A stretch of 64,000 bases of DNA from Dehalococcoidia bacterium (lineage in GTDB: Bacteria; Chloroflexota; Dehalococcoidia; Lucifugimonadales; VXLM01), in contig OZ251484.1 in assembly GCA_965242665.1 (NCBI GenBank), positions 1,470,249-1,534,248 on the forward strand, in the 5' to 3' direction. A program made the position numbers and the translations under genes. Shown here in pieces: positions 8,655 to 18,388 of the stretch. Within the stretch, counting starts at the first letter, position 1, and each line of letters begins with the position of its first letter. The notes under the pieces are model-generated. The model worked only from the letters and a program-made list of their open reading frames with translations. It had not been told where the DNA came from and did no database searches.

Positions 8655-9303
8655 GCCCGAAGATGACGAACGGCAGCACCAGGGCCAAGACGTGCCATCC
8701 CAACAGCAACGCGATGCACGTCTTGACGAGCAGCTGACGGAAGCGGCCTTCCTGCACGAAGACGACCATGCCGTGGAAGACCAATAACACCCCGAAGAGG
8801 TCGGGCATCCCCTCGTTGGCTGTCATGTCGTTGTGGTAGAGCAGGTGGTACGACGAGAACGCCAGCAGCGTTGCAGTGAGTGCAACCCACCGGTTGGATG
8901 TGAGGCGGCAGAGCGAGAGATATGCGAGGACCGCCGCGACTGCGAAGAACAGCAGCATGAGGATTCTAGCGGCCATGATTTGGGCGGACGGGTTACCGGA
9001 GACTGGCAGGGTGGCCGCCTTCATGGCTGCGTAGCCGGCCGGCGGGAAGCGGTTGTACGGCGCGTAACGGACTGCGCCGTCGTCGTCTATGAACCGACGA
9101 TGAAACCGCTGGAAGCCGTGTTCGGGGGAGAGGTTCACGGCTATCGTCAGGTGTTCCGAGGATGTCCAGTTGTGATAGTCCCCTCGGTAGAAACGCCCTC
9201 GGTCGTCGCCGAACACGAACACCGTCGACAGCGCAAGCAACAGCAGGGCGAGGGGTAGCAACGGGGATCGCAGCGCGGGCGTGATTCTGTCGAGTGATGT
9301 CAT
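8113..9303 (-). CDS. Polytopic membrane protein, N-terminal portion (putative GT-C-like glycosyltransferase). It is truncated by a frameshift at a homopolymeric G/C tract.
   Basis: This 396-aa ORF has multiple TM helices and a first-loop acidic motif (FGDDRGRFYRGDYHNWTSSEHL...). It reads through the poly-G as PPPPPP and ends 160 codons later in what looks like an out-of-frame tail. Confidence 0.55.
   Translation of the reverse strand: MTSLDRITPALRSPLLPLALLLLALSTVFVFGDDRGRFYRGDYHNWTSSEHLTIAVNLSPEHGFQRFHRRFIDDDGAVRYAPYNRFPPAGYAAMKAATLPVSGNPSAQIMAARILMLLFFAVAAVLAYLSLCRLTSNRWVALTATLLAFSSYHLLYHNDMTANEGMPDLFGVLLVFHGMVVFVQEGRFRQLLVKTCIALLLGWHVLALVLPFVIFGLARDLLRARSASATSTPPPPPPRIMSSKTRGLRAASQPLPAAGRSCAGVWPVHPHLQLHDGVRRIRRGNAADGIAVLQVYAEAHRVWRDRKCRSHRLEFFPGRAVPRHRPNVHSLRLAWGGQYGSRSCVAAERQGRRTRRRSVCGVSDRLSVRSSENPVRYPGIVRLLLGAANAPQYRTQ
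8589..8609. repeat. 21-nt homopolymeric G (coding-strand C) tract
   Basis: The run cataatac[g x21]tagaag is visible directly. It lies at the junction of the two membrane-protein ORF fragments. Confidence 0.95.
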
Positions 9304-9367
9304 GCTTGGGAGACGTGCGCGAAGAGAGGCGTATAGGGCATTATACTATACCGACGGCCGGGCGCTG

Positions 9368-9397
9368 TTGACAAGCGCGCGTCGAGTCTGCTAATGT
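9368..9397 (+). promoter_or_regulatory. Candidate sigma70-type promoter upstream of the response regulator gene (TTGACA ... 18 nt ... TAATGT)
   Basis: The -35 element ttgaca lies at 9368-9373 and the -10 element taatgt at 9392-9397. An AAGGAGG ribosome-binding site lies at 9451-9457. Confidence 0.35.
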
Positions 9398-9461
9398 GCG
9401 TTGCGAACGTCCCTGCCCTCGTCGGATCTCATTTCTGCAGCGTCAGAACAAGGAGGCAACC

Positions 9462-9959
9462 ATGGCAACCAACACAGCAAAGGAAGACCCAATCCACATT
9501 CTGCTTGTGGAGGACAACCCGGGTGACGTCGAACTGACGAAGGAAGTCATCGAAGAGTCCGGGCACCAAGCGAACGTCGTCGTCGTCGGAGACGGCGATC
9601 CTGCGATGGCATATCTGCGAAAAGAAGGTGAATACGCCGGGGCGGCCCGTCCTGACCTCATCTTGTTGGATCTGAACCTTCCAATGAAAGACGGTCTCGA
9701 GGTCTTGAAGGAGATGGCGGCCGAAGAGGAGTTGAGCACGATTCCGGTGATGATTCTCACGGGGACCGAAGCGGAGGAGAGCCTACTCGAGGCATACGAC
9801 ATCCCCGTAAGCCGCTTCAGCAGGAAGCCGATCGAGCCGAGTCGATTCAACGACGTGGTCGCCTGGCTCGACAACCCCGCTGCCCACCACCCCATCGTCT
9901 CGCCTCCGGCGCCTCCGCCGCCGCCCGAACCGAAGAAGAAATGGTGGTGGCCGTTCTAA
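9462..9959 (+). CDS. Single-domain response regulator (CheY-like receiver) with a Pro-rich C-terminal tail
   Basis: MATNTAKEDPIHILLVEDNPGDVELTKEVI...PDLILLDLNLPMKDGLEVLKEM... carries the phospho-acceptor Asp context. A strong RBS, AAGGAGG, lies 5 nt upstream of the ATG. Confidence 0.8.
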   Translation: MATNTAKEDPIHILLVEDNPGDVELTKEVIEESGHQANVVVVGDGDPAMAYLRKEGEYAGAARPDLILLDLNLPMKDGLEVLKEMAAEEELSTIPVMILTGTEAEESLLEAYDIPVSRFSRKPIEPSRFNDVVAWLDNPAAHHPIVSPPAPPPPPEPKKKWWWPF

Positions 9960-9989
9960 TGCGGGGAGTCCGCAGAGGGAGCTGTAGCA

Positions 9990-11681
9990 GTGGACGGCGA
10001 AAAGAGCCGCGATGAGCTGATCGCAGAGGTCGCCGAACTGCGCCGTCGCCTTTCGGAACTCGGCGCGCAAGCAGGCGGCAATGCAGAGGGAAGCGCGCGC
10101 GCCGTTCCATCCTTCGCATACTTCAGCCCATCCCCCATCATCCGGTTCGGCATGGATGGAACCGTGCTTGCGATCAACCCCGCGGCGGCAGAGGTGATCG
10201 GCCCGCAAGCAATGGAAGGGTCATCACTCGTCGGCATCCTCCCTGCGCTCGCCAACCTCGACGCAGAGCAGACGATCTCCAACGACGAGCACGTCGACTT
10301 CGAAGCGCAAATCGGAGACCGCTGGTTCCACCTCACAGCAGTGGGGATACACGAATTCGGCGTGGGGCATGTGTACGGCTACGACATCACCGACGGCCAC
10401 CGAGCCCAGAGCGCCCTCAGAACTGGAATGACGGAACAGCGCCGACGCACCCGCCAACAAGAGACGCTGTCCAACATCGCCCGCATCATCGGCTCATCGC
10501 TTGCGATCGACGAAGTCTACGAACGATTCGCCCAAGAAGTCGCGCAACTCATCCCCTTCGACCGTATCGTCATCAACCTCATCACAGACCGGCCAAACTA
10601 CATGGTGGACAGCTACCAGTCGAGCGTCGTCGAAGTTCCCGACCGCGCCCCGGAGCAGGCGTACAGCATCGAAGGCACGCTTTCCCAAGCGGTAATCGAC
10701 TCCCAACGGTGCATAGTCTTTCACCCGGGGAGCGACGAGTCCGCCGCCAGCGAATACGTCGGGCTGATTGGAGCATACGGCATGGGGCTGCGCTCGTTCC
10801 TGTCTGCCCCGCTGGTATACCGTGGAGAGCCGATAGGGTGCCTGAATCTCCACTCACTGGGCGAACGGGCGTACTCGGAACGCCATCGGATTCTGGCGGA
10901 GCGGATCGGGGTCTACATCGCCGGAGCCATCGCCAACGCGGAATTACACGCGCAAGTCACGAACCAAGCGGAAGAGCTCACCCGGTCCAATCGGGAACTC
11001 GAGCAGTTCGCCTACGTCGCATCCCACGACCTGCAGGAGCCGCTCCGCATGGTATCCAGCTACGTATCCCTGCTCGGACGGCGGTACGGCGGTCAACTGG
11101 ACGAACGGGCGGACAAGTACATCCACTTTGCGGTCGACGGCGCGAATCGAATGCAGCGCCTCATCACGGATTTGCTGGCATACTCGCGGGTCGGCACGAG
11201 AGGCGCGGAGATGACGGAGATCGACACCGCCGCCGTCGCGCAACAGGCGTTGATGAACCTCGAAGTCGCCATCCGAGAGAGCGATGCGGAGGTCGTATAC
11301 GCCAACCTCCCCCACGTGACCGGGGACTCCCTGCAGCTAGGCCAGCTCTTTCAGAACATCATCGGCAACGCCTTGAAATTCAAGGCCGAACGCCACCCGC
11401 GCGTCGAAATCGCAGCGGAGCGAACGAACGACCACTGGACATTTTGCATCCGAGACAACGGCATCGGATTCGACCAACGATATGCGGATCGGATATTCGG
11501 AGTATTCAAGAGACTGCACAGAAATACCGACATCCCCGGCACGGGAATAGGTCTTGCCATCTGCCAGCGGATCATCGACCGGCACGGGGGCCGCATCTGG
11601 GCGGAGTCGGAGCCGGACAACGGCGCGCGCTTCTTCTTTACCCTTCCTGCACTACCCGACACGGAGAGCAACGAGCCATGA
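9990..11681 (+). CDS. Sensor histidine kinase with PAS/GAF sensory domains, HisKA and HATPase_c
   Basis: The H-box is ASHDLQEPLRMV. N, G1 and G2 boxes are present (IIGNALKF, IRDNGIGFD, GTGIGLAICQRIIDRHGG). The start codon is GTG. Confidence 0.85.
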   Translation: MDGEKSRDELIAEVAELRRRLSELGAQAGGNAEGSARAVPSFAYFSPSPIIRFGMDGTVLAINPAAAEVIGPQAMEGSSLVGILPALANLDAEQTISNDEHVDFEAQIGDRWFHLTAVGIHEFGVGHVYGYDITDGHRAQSALRTGMTEQRRRTRQQETLSNIARIIGSSLAIDEVYERFAQEVAQLIPFDRIVINLITDRPNYMVDSYQSSVVEVPDRAPEQAYSIEGTLSQAVIDSQRCIVFHPGSDESAASEYVGLIGAYGMGLRSFLSAPLVYRGEPIGCLNLHSLGERAYSERHRILAERIGVYIAGAIANAELHAQVTNQAEELTRSNRELEQFAYVASHDLQEPLRMVSSYVSLLGRRYGGQLDERADKYIHFAVDGANRMQRLITDLLAYSRVGTRGAEMTEIDTAAVAQQALMNLEVAIRESDAEVVYANLPHVTGDSLQLGQLFQNIIGNALKFKAERHPRVEIAAERTNDHWTFCIRDNGIGFDQRYADRIFGVFKRLHRNTDIPGTGIGLAICQRIIDRHGGRIWAESEPDNGARFFFTLPALPDTESNEP

Positions 11682-12148
11682 CTACTACCAAAATGGGCGG
11701 CCCAATCGAAATCCTGATGGTGGAAGACAACCCCGGCGATGTCGAACTAGCGAGAGAGGCCCTCTCCGATTGCGCGCTGCGGAAGAACCTCACGGTCGCG
11801 GAGGACGGGGAGGAGGGCCTCTCGCTCCTGCGCAGAGAAGGACGCTACCATCACGCCGCTCGCCCCGACCTCATCATCCTAGACCTGAACCTCCCGACGA
11901 TCGACGGACGAGAGGTGCTGGCGGAGATCAAGTCCGATCCCAGCCTCTACAGGATCCCAGTCGTGATTCTGACGAGCTCGCAGGACGAAAACGACATCAG
12001 GCAGACCTACGACCTGCACGCGAACGCATACGTCGTCAAACCCGTCGACCTCGACAAGTTCATGGAGGTCATCAGAGCGGTAGAAGTGTTTTGGCTCAAG
12101 TTCGCCCAGCTGCCGACGAGAGGTTCGTTCACGAACGCATCCGAATGA
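11678..12148 (+). CDS. Single-domain response regulator (CheY-like receiver)
   Basis: MTTTKMGGPIEILMVEDNPGDVELAREAL...PDLIILDLNLPTIDGREVLAEIK. Its start overlaps the kinase stop (ATGA). Confidence 0.8.
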   Translation: MTTTKMGGPIEILMVEDNPGDVELAREALSDCALRKNLTVAEDGEEGLSLLRREGRYHHAARPDLIILDLNLPTIDGREVLAEIKSDPSLYRIPVVILTSSQDENDIRQTYDLHANAYVVKPVDLDKFMEVIRAVEVFWLKFAQLPTRGSFTNASE

Positions 12149-12197
12149 GCAAGGCCGGAGTCCGCGGCCGCAGCCTCGCGGCAAGCATTCCCCGCGG

Positions 12198-12896
12198 CTA
12201 TCCCGCGTCGATCGCGTCCTGCGACACCTCCGACCGATCGCCCGGGCAGTACCCGATCCTCTGCCTCCCGTGCTCGACGTCGTAGAGGGGCCAGTTGCTG
12301 TCGGAAACGCCAAAGACCCGCTCATGTCCAATGTCCTTGGCAGTCAACGCCGCTTCGAACACGCGGACGCAGTCGCCGTGGCTCAGCTGGTGCGGATGGA
12401 CGGGCGCCGGGCGGTCTTTGTTGAAATTCCCAATCCGCACGGATACGACGCCGATGCCGTACCGCGCGGAAAACATGTCCCCCATCGCTTCCCCAAAGAC
12501 CTTGGTGATCGTGTAGTAGCTGTCTGGCCGCGTCGGCAGATCCGCCGTCCGCGTGATGCTGCGGGGATAGTACGAAGATGGGTATACCCCCCCGCGGCTG
12601 GCAAAGACGATGCGCCCAACTCCATGCTCCCTCGCAGCCTCGAAGACATGGCGGGTGCCCACCATCGACTGAAGCGCCTGCTCCCATTCTCCCCCCGCGT
12701 TGCTCAAGTGAATGACGGCGTCGACGTCCCTCGACGCATGGCTGACGGCGTCCCAGTCCGTAACGCTCGCGACGACGTAGTCCGCAATTTGCGGCGTCGG
12801 CCTGACGTCGATCCCCCGAAGCTCGTATCTATCCTTGAAGTGAGTGATGAGATGCTGGCCGATCTGTCCGGCCGAGCCCGTAATCAATACTCGCAT
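12198..12896 (-). CDS. NAD-dependent epimerase/dehydratase family protein (short Rossmann-fold protein)
   Basis: The N-terminus MRVLITGSAGQIGQHL is a glycine-rich NAD(P)-binding motif. A YxxxK-like catalytic region is present (YTITK). Confidence 0.7.
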   Translation of the reverse strand: MRVLITGSAGQIGQHLITHFKDRYELRGIDVRPTPQIADYVVASVTDWDAVSHASRDVDAVIHLSNAGGEWEQALQSMVGTRHVFEAAREHGVGRIVFASRGGVYPSSYYPRSITRTADLPTRPDSYYTITKVFGEAMGDMFSARYGIGVVSVRIGNFNKDRPAPVHPHQLSHGDCVRVFEAALTAKDIGHERVFGVSDSNWPLYDVEHGRQRIGYCPGDRSEVSQDAIDAG

Positions 12897-12977
12897 ATCC
12901 GTCTCCTTTCTGGGTTGTGCGAATCACACTGCCGCCGCCTGCGAACGGGTAGACCGGGCGTCGAACCATCGAGGCGC

Positions 12978-14207
12978 TCACTCCTCGACTCGCGACGCGC
13001 GGACGTTCATGCGGTTCGGCGGAGTGTGCCCGGTGAACGAGTAATCTGCGGTCGTAACGTAGTCGCCCGCGGTGACATCTCCGGAGCCGTCGTCGTCGAG
13101 ATGGACTGCGACGGCGTAGTCTCCAAACTGCCTCGGCTCCTGGAAGTCGATGACGTACCTGTACCGGCCTGGGTCGGATTGCTCGGCTGCGAAGTTGGGG
13201 ATAACTCGCTCCGTCACGAGACGAACGCCCATGTCCGGCCTGCTCAGGTCTTCCAACCTTACATAGAGGGTCGCGTCCGAAACCGGGGCCGTTCTTCCGA
13301 CGAACTCAATCGTGCCTCTCAGCGTCCGAAGCGCGGGCGGTTCGGCGTCCGCGGGATCGAGCTTCGGGGAAGCCCCGCGCGTCAACGAGAAGGTCCGGTC
13401 GTTGATGTGGACGTTCGTGCCGGCGTCCGTCTCGGCCTGTGCTCCGATTGCGACGTTCCACTCGACCATACCGAGCACCTCGGCGCATCCCACGTCCGGA
13501 GACGCAGGCACGACGTTGTAGACCTTCACCACGACGCTGTCCTCATCGCGAATGCGGCGGGACAGTTGGTACCCGTTGGGCCGCGCGCAAGCGTTCGGCT
13601 GCAATGAGGTTATGGACAGGACATACGAGTCCGGGTCTTCGGGGTGCTCGGACACGTCGACGGCCTGCAGAGGGGCCTCGACCCGCAGTACGGCCTGCGC
13701 GGCCTCCGGAGGCTCGATCGTTACCGGTTCGACGACCACGTCGACGGCGTTCAAGGTTTCCGTCCCGACCGCCATTGCCGCATGGTAGGAGACCGTGCGC
13801 GCAAAATCCCCCTCGGACACATCGCCGGAGTCGTCGGAGTCGACATGAACGCGGATCCTGTAGGTGTCCTTCGGTTCCAATTCCCGATGCTCGATCAAGT
13901 ATCTGAGCGCGGGAGGGGACGCCGGGTCGACGGACACGCCGCGCATGACCTGTTCCACGATCGTCTTGCCCGCGTCGTCCTGAACGCTTATGTCGTCGAG
14001 CCGCACATACACCGCGGCGCCGCTGATCGGGCTTCCGACGCCCTTGAAGGTGATCTCCCCCTCGATCAGCTTGTTTCCGCGGCGGCTGGGCTGCGGCTTC
14101 GGCGTTGCGGTCGGCTCATCATCTCCGCCGGCGCACGCAAGGAACATCGGCGCCAGCAGCGCAATGAGAACGACTACCAACCCCTTCGTCATCGTCGAGT
14201 CCACCAT
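12978..14207 (-). CDS. Secreted lipoprotein with two internally repeated domains
   Basis: A signal peptide with lipobox (…LLAPMFLAC) is present. The segments ...ITFKGVGSPISGAAVYVRLDDIS...RVHVDSDDSGDVSEGD... and ...IEFVGRTAPVSDATLYVRLEDLS...AVHLDDDGSGDVTAGD... are paralogous halves. Confidence 0.6.
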   Translation of the reverse strand: MVDSTMTKGLVVVLIALLAPMFLACAGGDDEPTATPKPQPSRRGNKLIEGEITFKGVGSPISGAAVYVRLDDISVQDDAGKTIVEQVMRGVSVDPASPPALRYLIEHRELEPKDTYRIRVHVDSDDSGDVSEGDFARTVSYHAAMAVGTETLNAVDVVVEPVTIEPPEAAQAVLRVEAPLQAVDVSEHPEDPDSYVLSITSLQPNACARPNGYQLSRRIRDEDSVVVKVYNVVPASPDVGCAEVLGMVEWNVAIGAQAETDAGTNVHINDRTFSLTRGASPKLDPADAEPPALRTLRGTIEFVGRTAPVSDATLYVRLEDLSRPDMGVRLVTERVIPNFAAEQSDPGRYRYVIDFQEPRQFGDYAVAVHLDDDGSGDVTAGDYVTTADYSFTGHTPPNRMNVRASRVEE

Positions 14208-14418
14208 CCTCCTGGATTCTCTTCTCTAGACAACGGTATCGAGCAGGACTCGTTATCTGCACGCAAAGAACGTATCACTAGCATACCCCCCGCGTCCAGA
14301 GAACCGCAGAGTTCCGCTTGGCTTGTCGCAGCGCACGCATCCCCAATGGATAGGAGGCAGCCGCAGCCGCGCTCTGCCGATGCTACAATGCTACAATAGA
14401 CAGGCATCAATCGAACAT

Positions 14419-15312
14419 ATGGAGACGGCCATGCCCGATTTTGAAGGAGTATACCCCGCGATCGTTACGCCCATGGACGCAGATGGGAACTTGAACGAGG
14501 ATGCGTACCGCACCGTCTACGAGGCCAACGTGCGGGCCGGCGTTCACGGCTTTTGGATTGCGGGCGGGACTGGAGAGAGCGTCTACCTCAGCGAACCCGA
14601 GAACGGCCGCATCGCGGAGGTCTCCGCGGAGCAAAACGGCGGCCGCGTGAGGAACATCATGCACGTCGGAGCCGCCACGACCGCGCAGGCGGCACGCCAG
14701 GCCGAGCGCGCCGCCCGTGCGGGCGTCGATGCCATCTGCGCGGTGCCCCCGTTCTTCTACGGCGTGGGAGACGACGCCATCGTGGAATACTACCGCACCG
14801 TTGCCGGCGCCGCAGACCTGCCCCTCTTCGTCTACAACCTGCCCCACTCCACCGGCGTCGACATCGGCCCAGAACTGATGGAGCGGATTCGAGAACATGT
14901 CCCCCAGCTCCGGGGCCTCAAGCACTCCTCCTACCTGTTTCACAACACCGCCGCATTCGCAGAGATGGGTCTGGATTGCTTCATCGGAAGCGGATTGCTC
15001 ATGGATCCGGCGCTCTCGTACGGCGCCGTCGGGTGCATCGACGGCCCGTTGTGCGTGATACCCGAACTGTGGGTAGACATTTGGAACGCGCATCGGAGCA
15101 GGGATACAGAGGCCGCGCGCGCCGCGCAGAAACGCGCTTCGCAGTTCGTCATGTTCACTCGAACCGTACCGTTTCCCGCAGGGTTCAAAGCCCTTGCGAG
15201 CGCACGCTTCCGCGTCGACTGCGGCGACCCGCGACCGCCGTTTCCGCCCCTAGGGCCCGAACGGAAAGCAGCCTTCACCGCCGAGGCGAAGGCCTTGGGT
15301 TGGTTGGATTGA
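14419..15312 (+). CDS. Dihydrodipicolinate synthase / N-acetylneuraminate lyase family aldolase (paralog 1)
   Basis: Shows the DapA-family motifs (IVTPMDADG, GGTGES, Schiff-base Lys region). The start is taken at METAMPDFEG and an alternative ATG lies 12 nt downstream. A TGCTACAAT extended -10 duplicate lies just upstream. Confidence 0.8.
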   Translation: METAMPDFEGVYPAIVTPMDADGNLNEDAYRTVYEANVRAGVHGFWIAGGTGESVYLSEPENGRIAEVSAEQNGGRVRNIMHVGAATTAQAARQAERAARAGVDAICAVPPFFYGVGDDAIVEYYRTVAGAADLPLFVYNLPHSTGVDIGPELMERIREHVPQLRGLKHSSYLFHNTAAFAEMGLDCFIGSGLLMDPALSYGAVGCIDGPLCVIPELWVDIWNAHRSRDTEAARAAQKRASQFVMFTRTVPFPAGFKALASARFRVDCGDPRPPFPPLGPERKAAFTAEAKALGWLD

Positions 15313-15462
15313 CAACCCCCTTGCCCGGCATCCAGCCGAACCGAAGGCGGGCGGCAGTCCTCTCGATGCGATCCAAAGAGGGAAGAAGCAGGCTGCGCCC
15401 CGATACACGGCGCAGATGGTACAATATGACGCCGAGGTACCGCTAGAATCGAGGAGAACGAC

Positions 15463-16353
15463 GTGTCAGAATTTCATGGAGTAGTCCCTGCTATCATCAC
15501 GCCGATGAACGCCGACGGCGAGGTCGACGAGCGCGCCTTCCGCGCAGTCATGGAGGACAACATCCGCGCGGGCGTACACGGGTTTTGGACGGCCGGGGGC
15601 ACGGGCGAAAGCGTCCTGCTTACCGACGAAGAAAACCAACGGATCGCCAGAGCCGCAGTCGACCAAAACCAGGGTCGGACGAACATCATCATGCACGTGG
15701 GCGCTCAGACCACCCTGCGAGCCGCGCGCAACGCAGAACATGCCGCCCGATCAGGGGTCGACGCGATCTGTGCAGTGCCCCCGTTCTTCGTCCGCCCCGG
15801 AGACGGAGGCATCATCGACTACTACCGCACCGTCGCAACGGCGGCAGACCTCCCGCTCTTCGTCTACAACCTGCCCCAATCGACCGGGGTGGAGATCACC
15901 CCCGACCTGATGCGGCAGCTCAAAGACAGCATCCCCCAGCTCACGGGTTTGAAGCATTCCGCCCCCGACATGAACGACCTCTACCTCTTCGCAAAGATGG
16001 GCCTGCGAGTGTTCACGGGAATGGGCAGGATGATGCTGCCGGCAATGACCGTCGGAGCGGCCGGATGCGTCGACGGCCCTCCCTGCCTCGCTCCAGAACT
16101 ATGGGTGGAGATATGGGACGCATACCAGGCGGGCGATCTGCCGCGCGCAGAGGCCGCCCAGGCAAAGGCGAGCGAGGTCATGGACTCCCTCCTAGACCTC
16201 GGCTATCTTGGAGCGCTCAAGGCGGCGGTCGGAGAGCGGCTTGGCATCGACTGCGGCGACCCGCGCCCCCCGAACGCCAGCGCCGCGCCCGCCCAAAAAG
16301 CGGATGCCCGGAAATTAGTGCACAGACTCGGCCTCGCAAAGGCGAATGCGTAG
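15463..16353 (+). CDS. DapA/NAL-family aldolase (paralog 2)
   Basis: MSEFHGVVPAIITPMNADGEVDERAF...GGTGESVLL... is clearly paralogous to the upstream gene. It has a GTG start with a GAGGAG ribosome-binding site. A TGGTACAAT extended -10 lies upstream. Confidence 0.8.
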   Translation: MSEFHGVVPAIITPMNADGEVDERAFRAVMEDNIRAGVHGFWTAGGTGESVLLTDEENQRIARAAVDQNQGRTNIIMHVGAQTTLRAARNAEHAARSGVDAICAVPPFFVRPGDGGIIDYYRTVATAADLPLFVYNLPQSTGVEITPDLMRQLKDSIPQLTGLKHSAPDMNDLYLFAKMGLRVFTGMGRMMLPAMTVGAAGCVDGPPCLAPELWVEIWDAYQAGDLPRAEAAQAKASEVMDSLLDLGYLGALKAAVGERLGIDCGDPRPPNASAAPAQKADARKLVHRLGLAKANA

Positions 16354-16437
16354 CCGGAGAACCCCGCACGAGTCGGCGCGCAATCGACAGAACCCAAACC
16401 AACCGGCGAAAAGCAATTCAGAAACGGGAGAAGAATC

Positions 16438-17295
16438 TTGACGGCATACACCGAACTCGCGCACCCGCTTGGCATCATGCCAGACGCAGGACTGGACACG
16501 TTGCACCGGCTAGACTTGAACACCGAGGCCTCCATGGGCGACGACATCGACGACATGGCGGAGTTCTCGGACGTCCTCGTCAGCGCCCACGCCCCCTCCA
16601 TGACGGGGGACGCGCGCCTCAACATCGGAGCCACCGACGCGGAATTCCGCAAGACCTCCATCGCAGTAATCGTCGACTACATCGACCGCGCACGCACATA
16701 CCCAAACCTCACGCAGATCAACATGCACTTCGCCCCAAAGCGATGGCGCGACCCCACCCAGAAGACCGGAGGAGAGGGGATATACGACGTGATGATCGAA
16801 GGCATCCGCGAGATCGGAGCGTTCTGCGAGAAGTACGACATCGAACTCGTCCTCGAAAACAGCAACTCCTATTGGACGGACGACATCAGGGGGACGCCCT
16901 ACGACCAGGTCGACTGGTCGGATCGCAACGAGTATTTCGGGATGTCGCCGGAGAATTGGCGAGAGACCGTCATCGACGTCGATATGGACAACGTCGGACT
17001 CTGCCTCGACTCGAGCCACGTCGTCACCTACGCCCACCGCTTCCCGGAAGCACAACGAGAAGAGCGCGTTATGGCCTTCCTAGAACGCCCCGAACTCATC
17101 CGACACGTCCACTGGAACGACAACTACCTCTACGACTACCGCGGACGCACCGACTCCCACGCCGCACTGAACCACGGCTCCCTGCCAACGGAAATGCACC
17201 GCCAGATCAAGTACCTCGACGCCACCCTGCTCATGGAACACTTCCACGGACTCGGCGTCCTCCAAGAAGAACTCGCCTTCATCGACAACCTCTAG
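16438..17295 (+). CDS. Sugar phosphate isomerase/epimerase (xylose isomerase-like TIM barrel) family protein
   Basis: A 285-aa protein with the ...ELVLENSNSYW... and ...HVHWNDN... metal-binding signature of AP-endonuclease-2 / xylose-isomerase-like TIM barrels. The start codon is TTG. Confidence 0.6.
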   Translation: MTAYTELAHPLGIMPDAGLDTLHRLDLNTEASMGDDIDDMAEFSDVLVSAHAPSMTGDARLNIGATDAEFRKTSIAVIVDYIDRARTYPNLTQINMHFAPKRWRDPTQKTGGEGIYDVMIEGIREIGAFCEKYDIELVLENSNSYWTDDIRGTPYDQVDWSDRNEYFGMSPENWRETVIDVDMDNVGLCLDSSHVVTYAHRFPEAQREERVMAFLERPELIRHVHWNDNYLYDYRGRTDSHAALNHGSLPTEMHRQIKYLDATLLMEHFHGLGVLQEELAFIDNL

Positions 17296-17331
17296 GACCG
17301 CAAGTCACCTGTCCGAATCATCCGGCGTTTC

Positions 17332-18366
17332 CTACGGATCCTCATCCTCGTCGGGAGGATCGCGAGGGTACGGCTTCCACGACAGGATTCTGACGTCGTC
17401 GCAGCGGACGTAAGTACGTCCAACATCTAAGTCGTCCGAGGAATCGTCCAGACACCATTGGGGAATCTGACGGATGTACGCCGTGACAGTCACGGCGTCA
17501 GCCTTGGACTCGACGGTGTGGTCCGTTGGCAGCCCAGGTAATGAACCCAACACTTGACCTGCGGGCGTGCCCGGGCTGAGTGAGGAGCCTCCTGGTGCCG
17601 CAATTACACCGAGAGTCCTACTATCTTCGTTCTGGTATGGAGGCGAGCGGCCTAGTTGACGAGTCCACACCCTTTCTGTGCCGGAATCGAAAACGATCCT
17701 AAGGTTTCTGGTGTCTGGCACATTGTAGCAAGCCCGAAGGTTGACTTGAGGGTTATCGCCTTGTGGATTATCGGGACAAGGATCGGTTGTGAGAGCGATA
17801 AGCCCTTTCTCAGATAGCCAGTAAGCCTTGATGGACGGCGGAGTATACGGCGGGTTCTGGAGCCCATCGGATGGCGGATCCTGCGCTGTGGTCGTCGAGT
17901 ATCCCCAACGTATATCTAAGACCGAACCTGCAGGTACATATCGAATGATCTCTTCATAAGGCTCTGCCACCAACGGATTCGGCAACCCGGGACGGATGGC
18001 CTCGGCTGGCATCGGGGTAGCCGTCGGCGGGAGCGTAACCGGCGGGGGGTTGCCGTCAGGAGTGGGAGTAGGAGTAGGAGAGGTGTATGCAGTCACATCC
18101 ACCTTGATGCCGCCGACCATGAGCGGCTCGAGCAGGGTACTTTCCCCCTTTTTGAGCTGCTTCTTCATGGCGGCGATGCCTGCGTCCGCGGCGTAGAGAT
18201 GGAGGAGGGAGTCTGCGTCGTCCGCGCCGGCCTTCAGCAGCGCGGCGGCGTATCCGAGCAGAGCGATCGCAACCATCGCGCCCACTGCTATGACGACGAT
18301 GACTATCGGGAGGGCGTATCCCCCATCGTCTGGCTGGGACTGTCGGCGGTTCGCTTGGAAGGACAT
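17332..18366 (-). CDS. Hypothetical membrane-anchored protein with a Pro/Thr-rich linker
   Basis: An N-terminal TM helix (ALPIVIVVIAVGAMVAIALLGYAA) is followed by a TPTPTP linker. I recognise no catalytic motif. Confidence 0.5.
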   Translation of the reverse strand: MSFQANRRQSQPDDGGYALPIVIVVIAVGAMVAIALLGYAAALLKAGADDADSLLHLYAADAGIAAMKKQLKKGESTLLEPLMVGGIKVDVTAYTSPTPTPTPDGNPPPVTLPPTATPMPAEAIRPGLPNPLVAEPYEEIIRYVPAGSVLDIRWGYSTTTAQDPPSDGLQNPPYTPPSIKAYWLSEKGLIALTTDPCPDNPQGDNPQVNLRACYNVPDTRNLRIVFDSGTERVWTRQLGRSPPYQNEDSRTLGVIAAPGGSSLSPGTPAGQVLGSLPGLPTDHTVESKADAVTVTAYIRQIPQWCLDDSSDDLDVGRTYVRCDDVRILSWKPYPRDPPDEDEDP

Positions 18367-18388
18367 GGCGGGCCCCAGCGCGGAAGCC

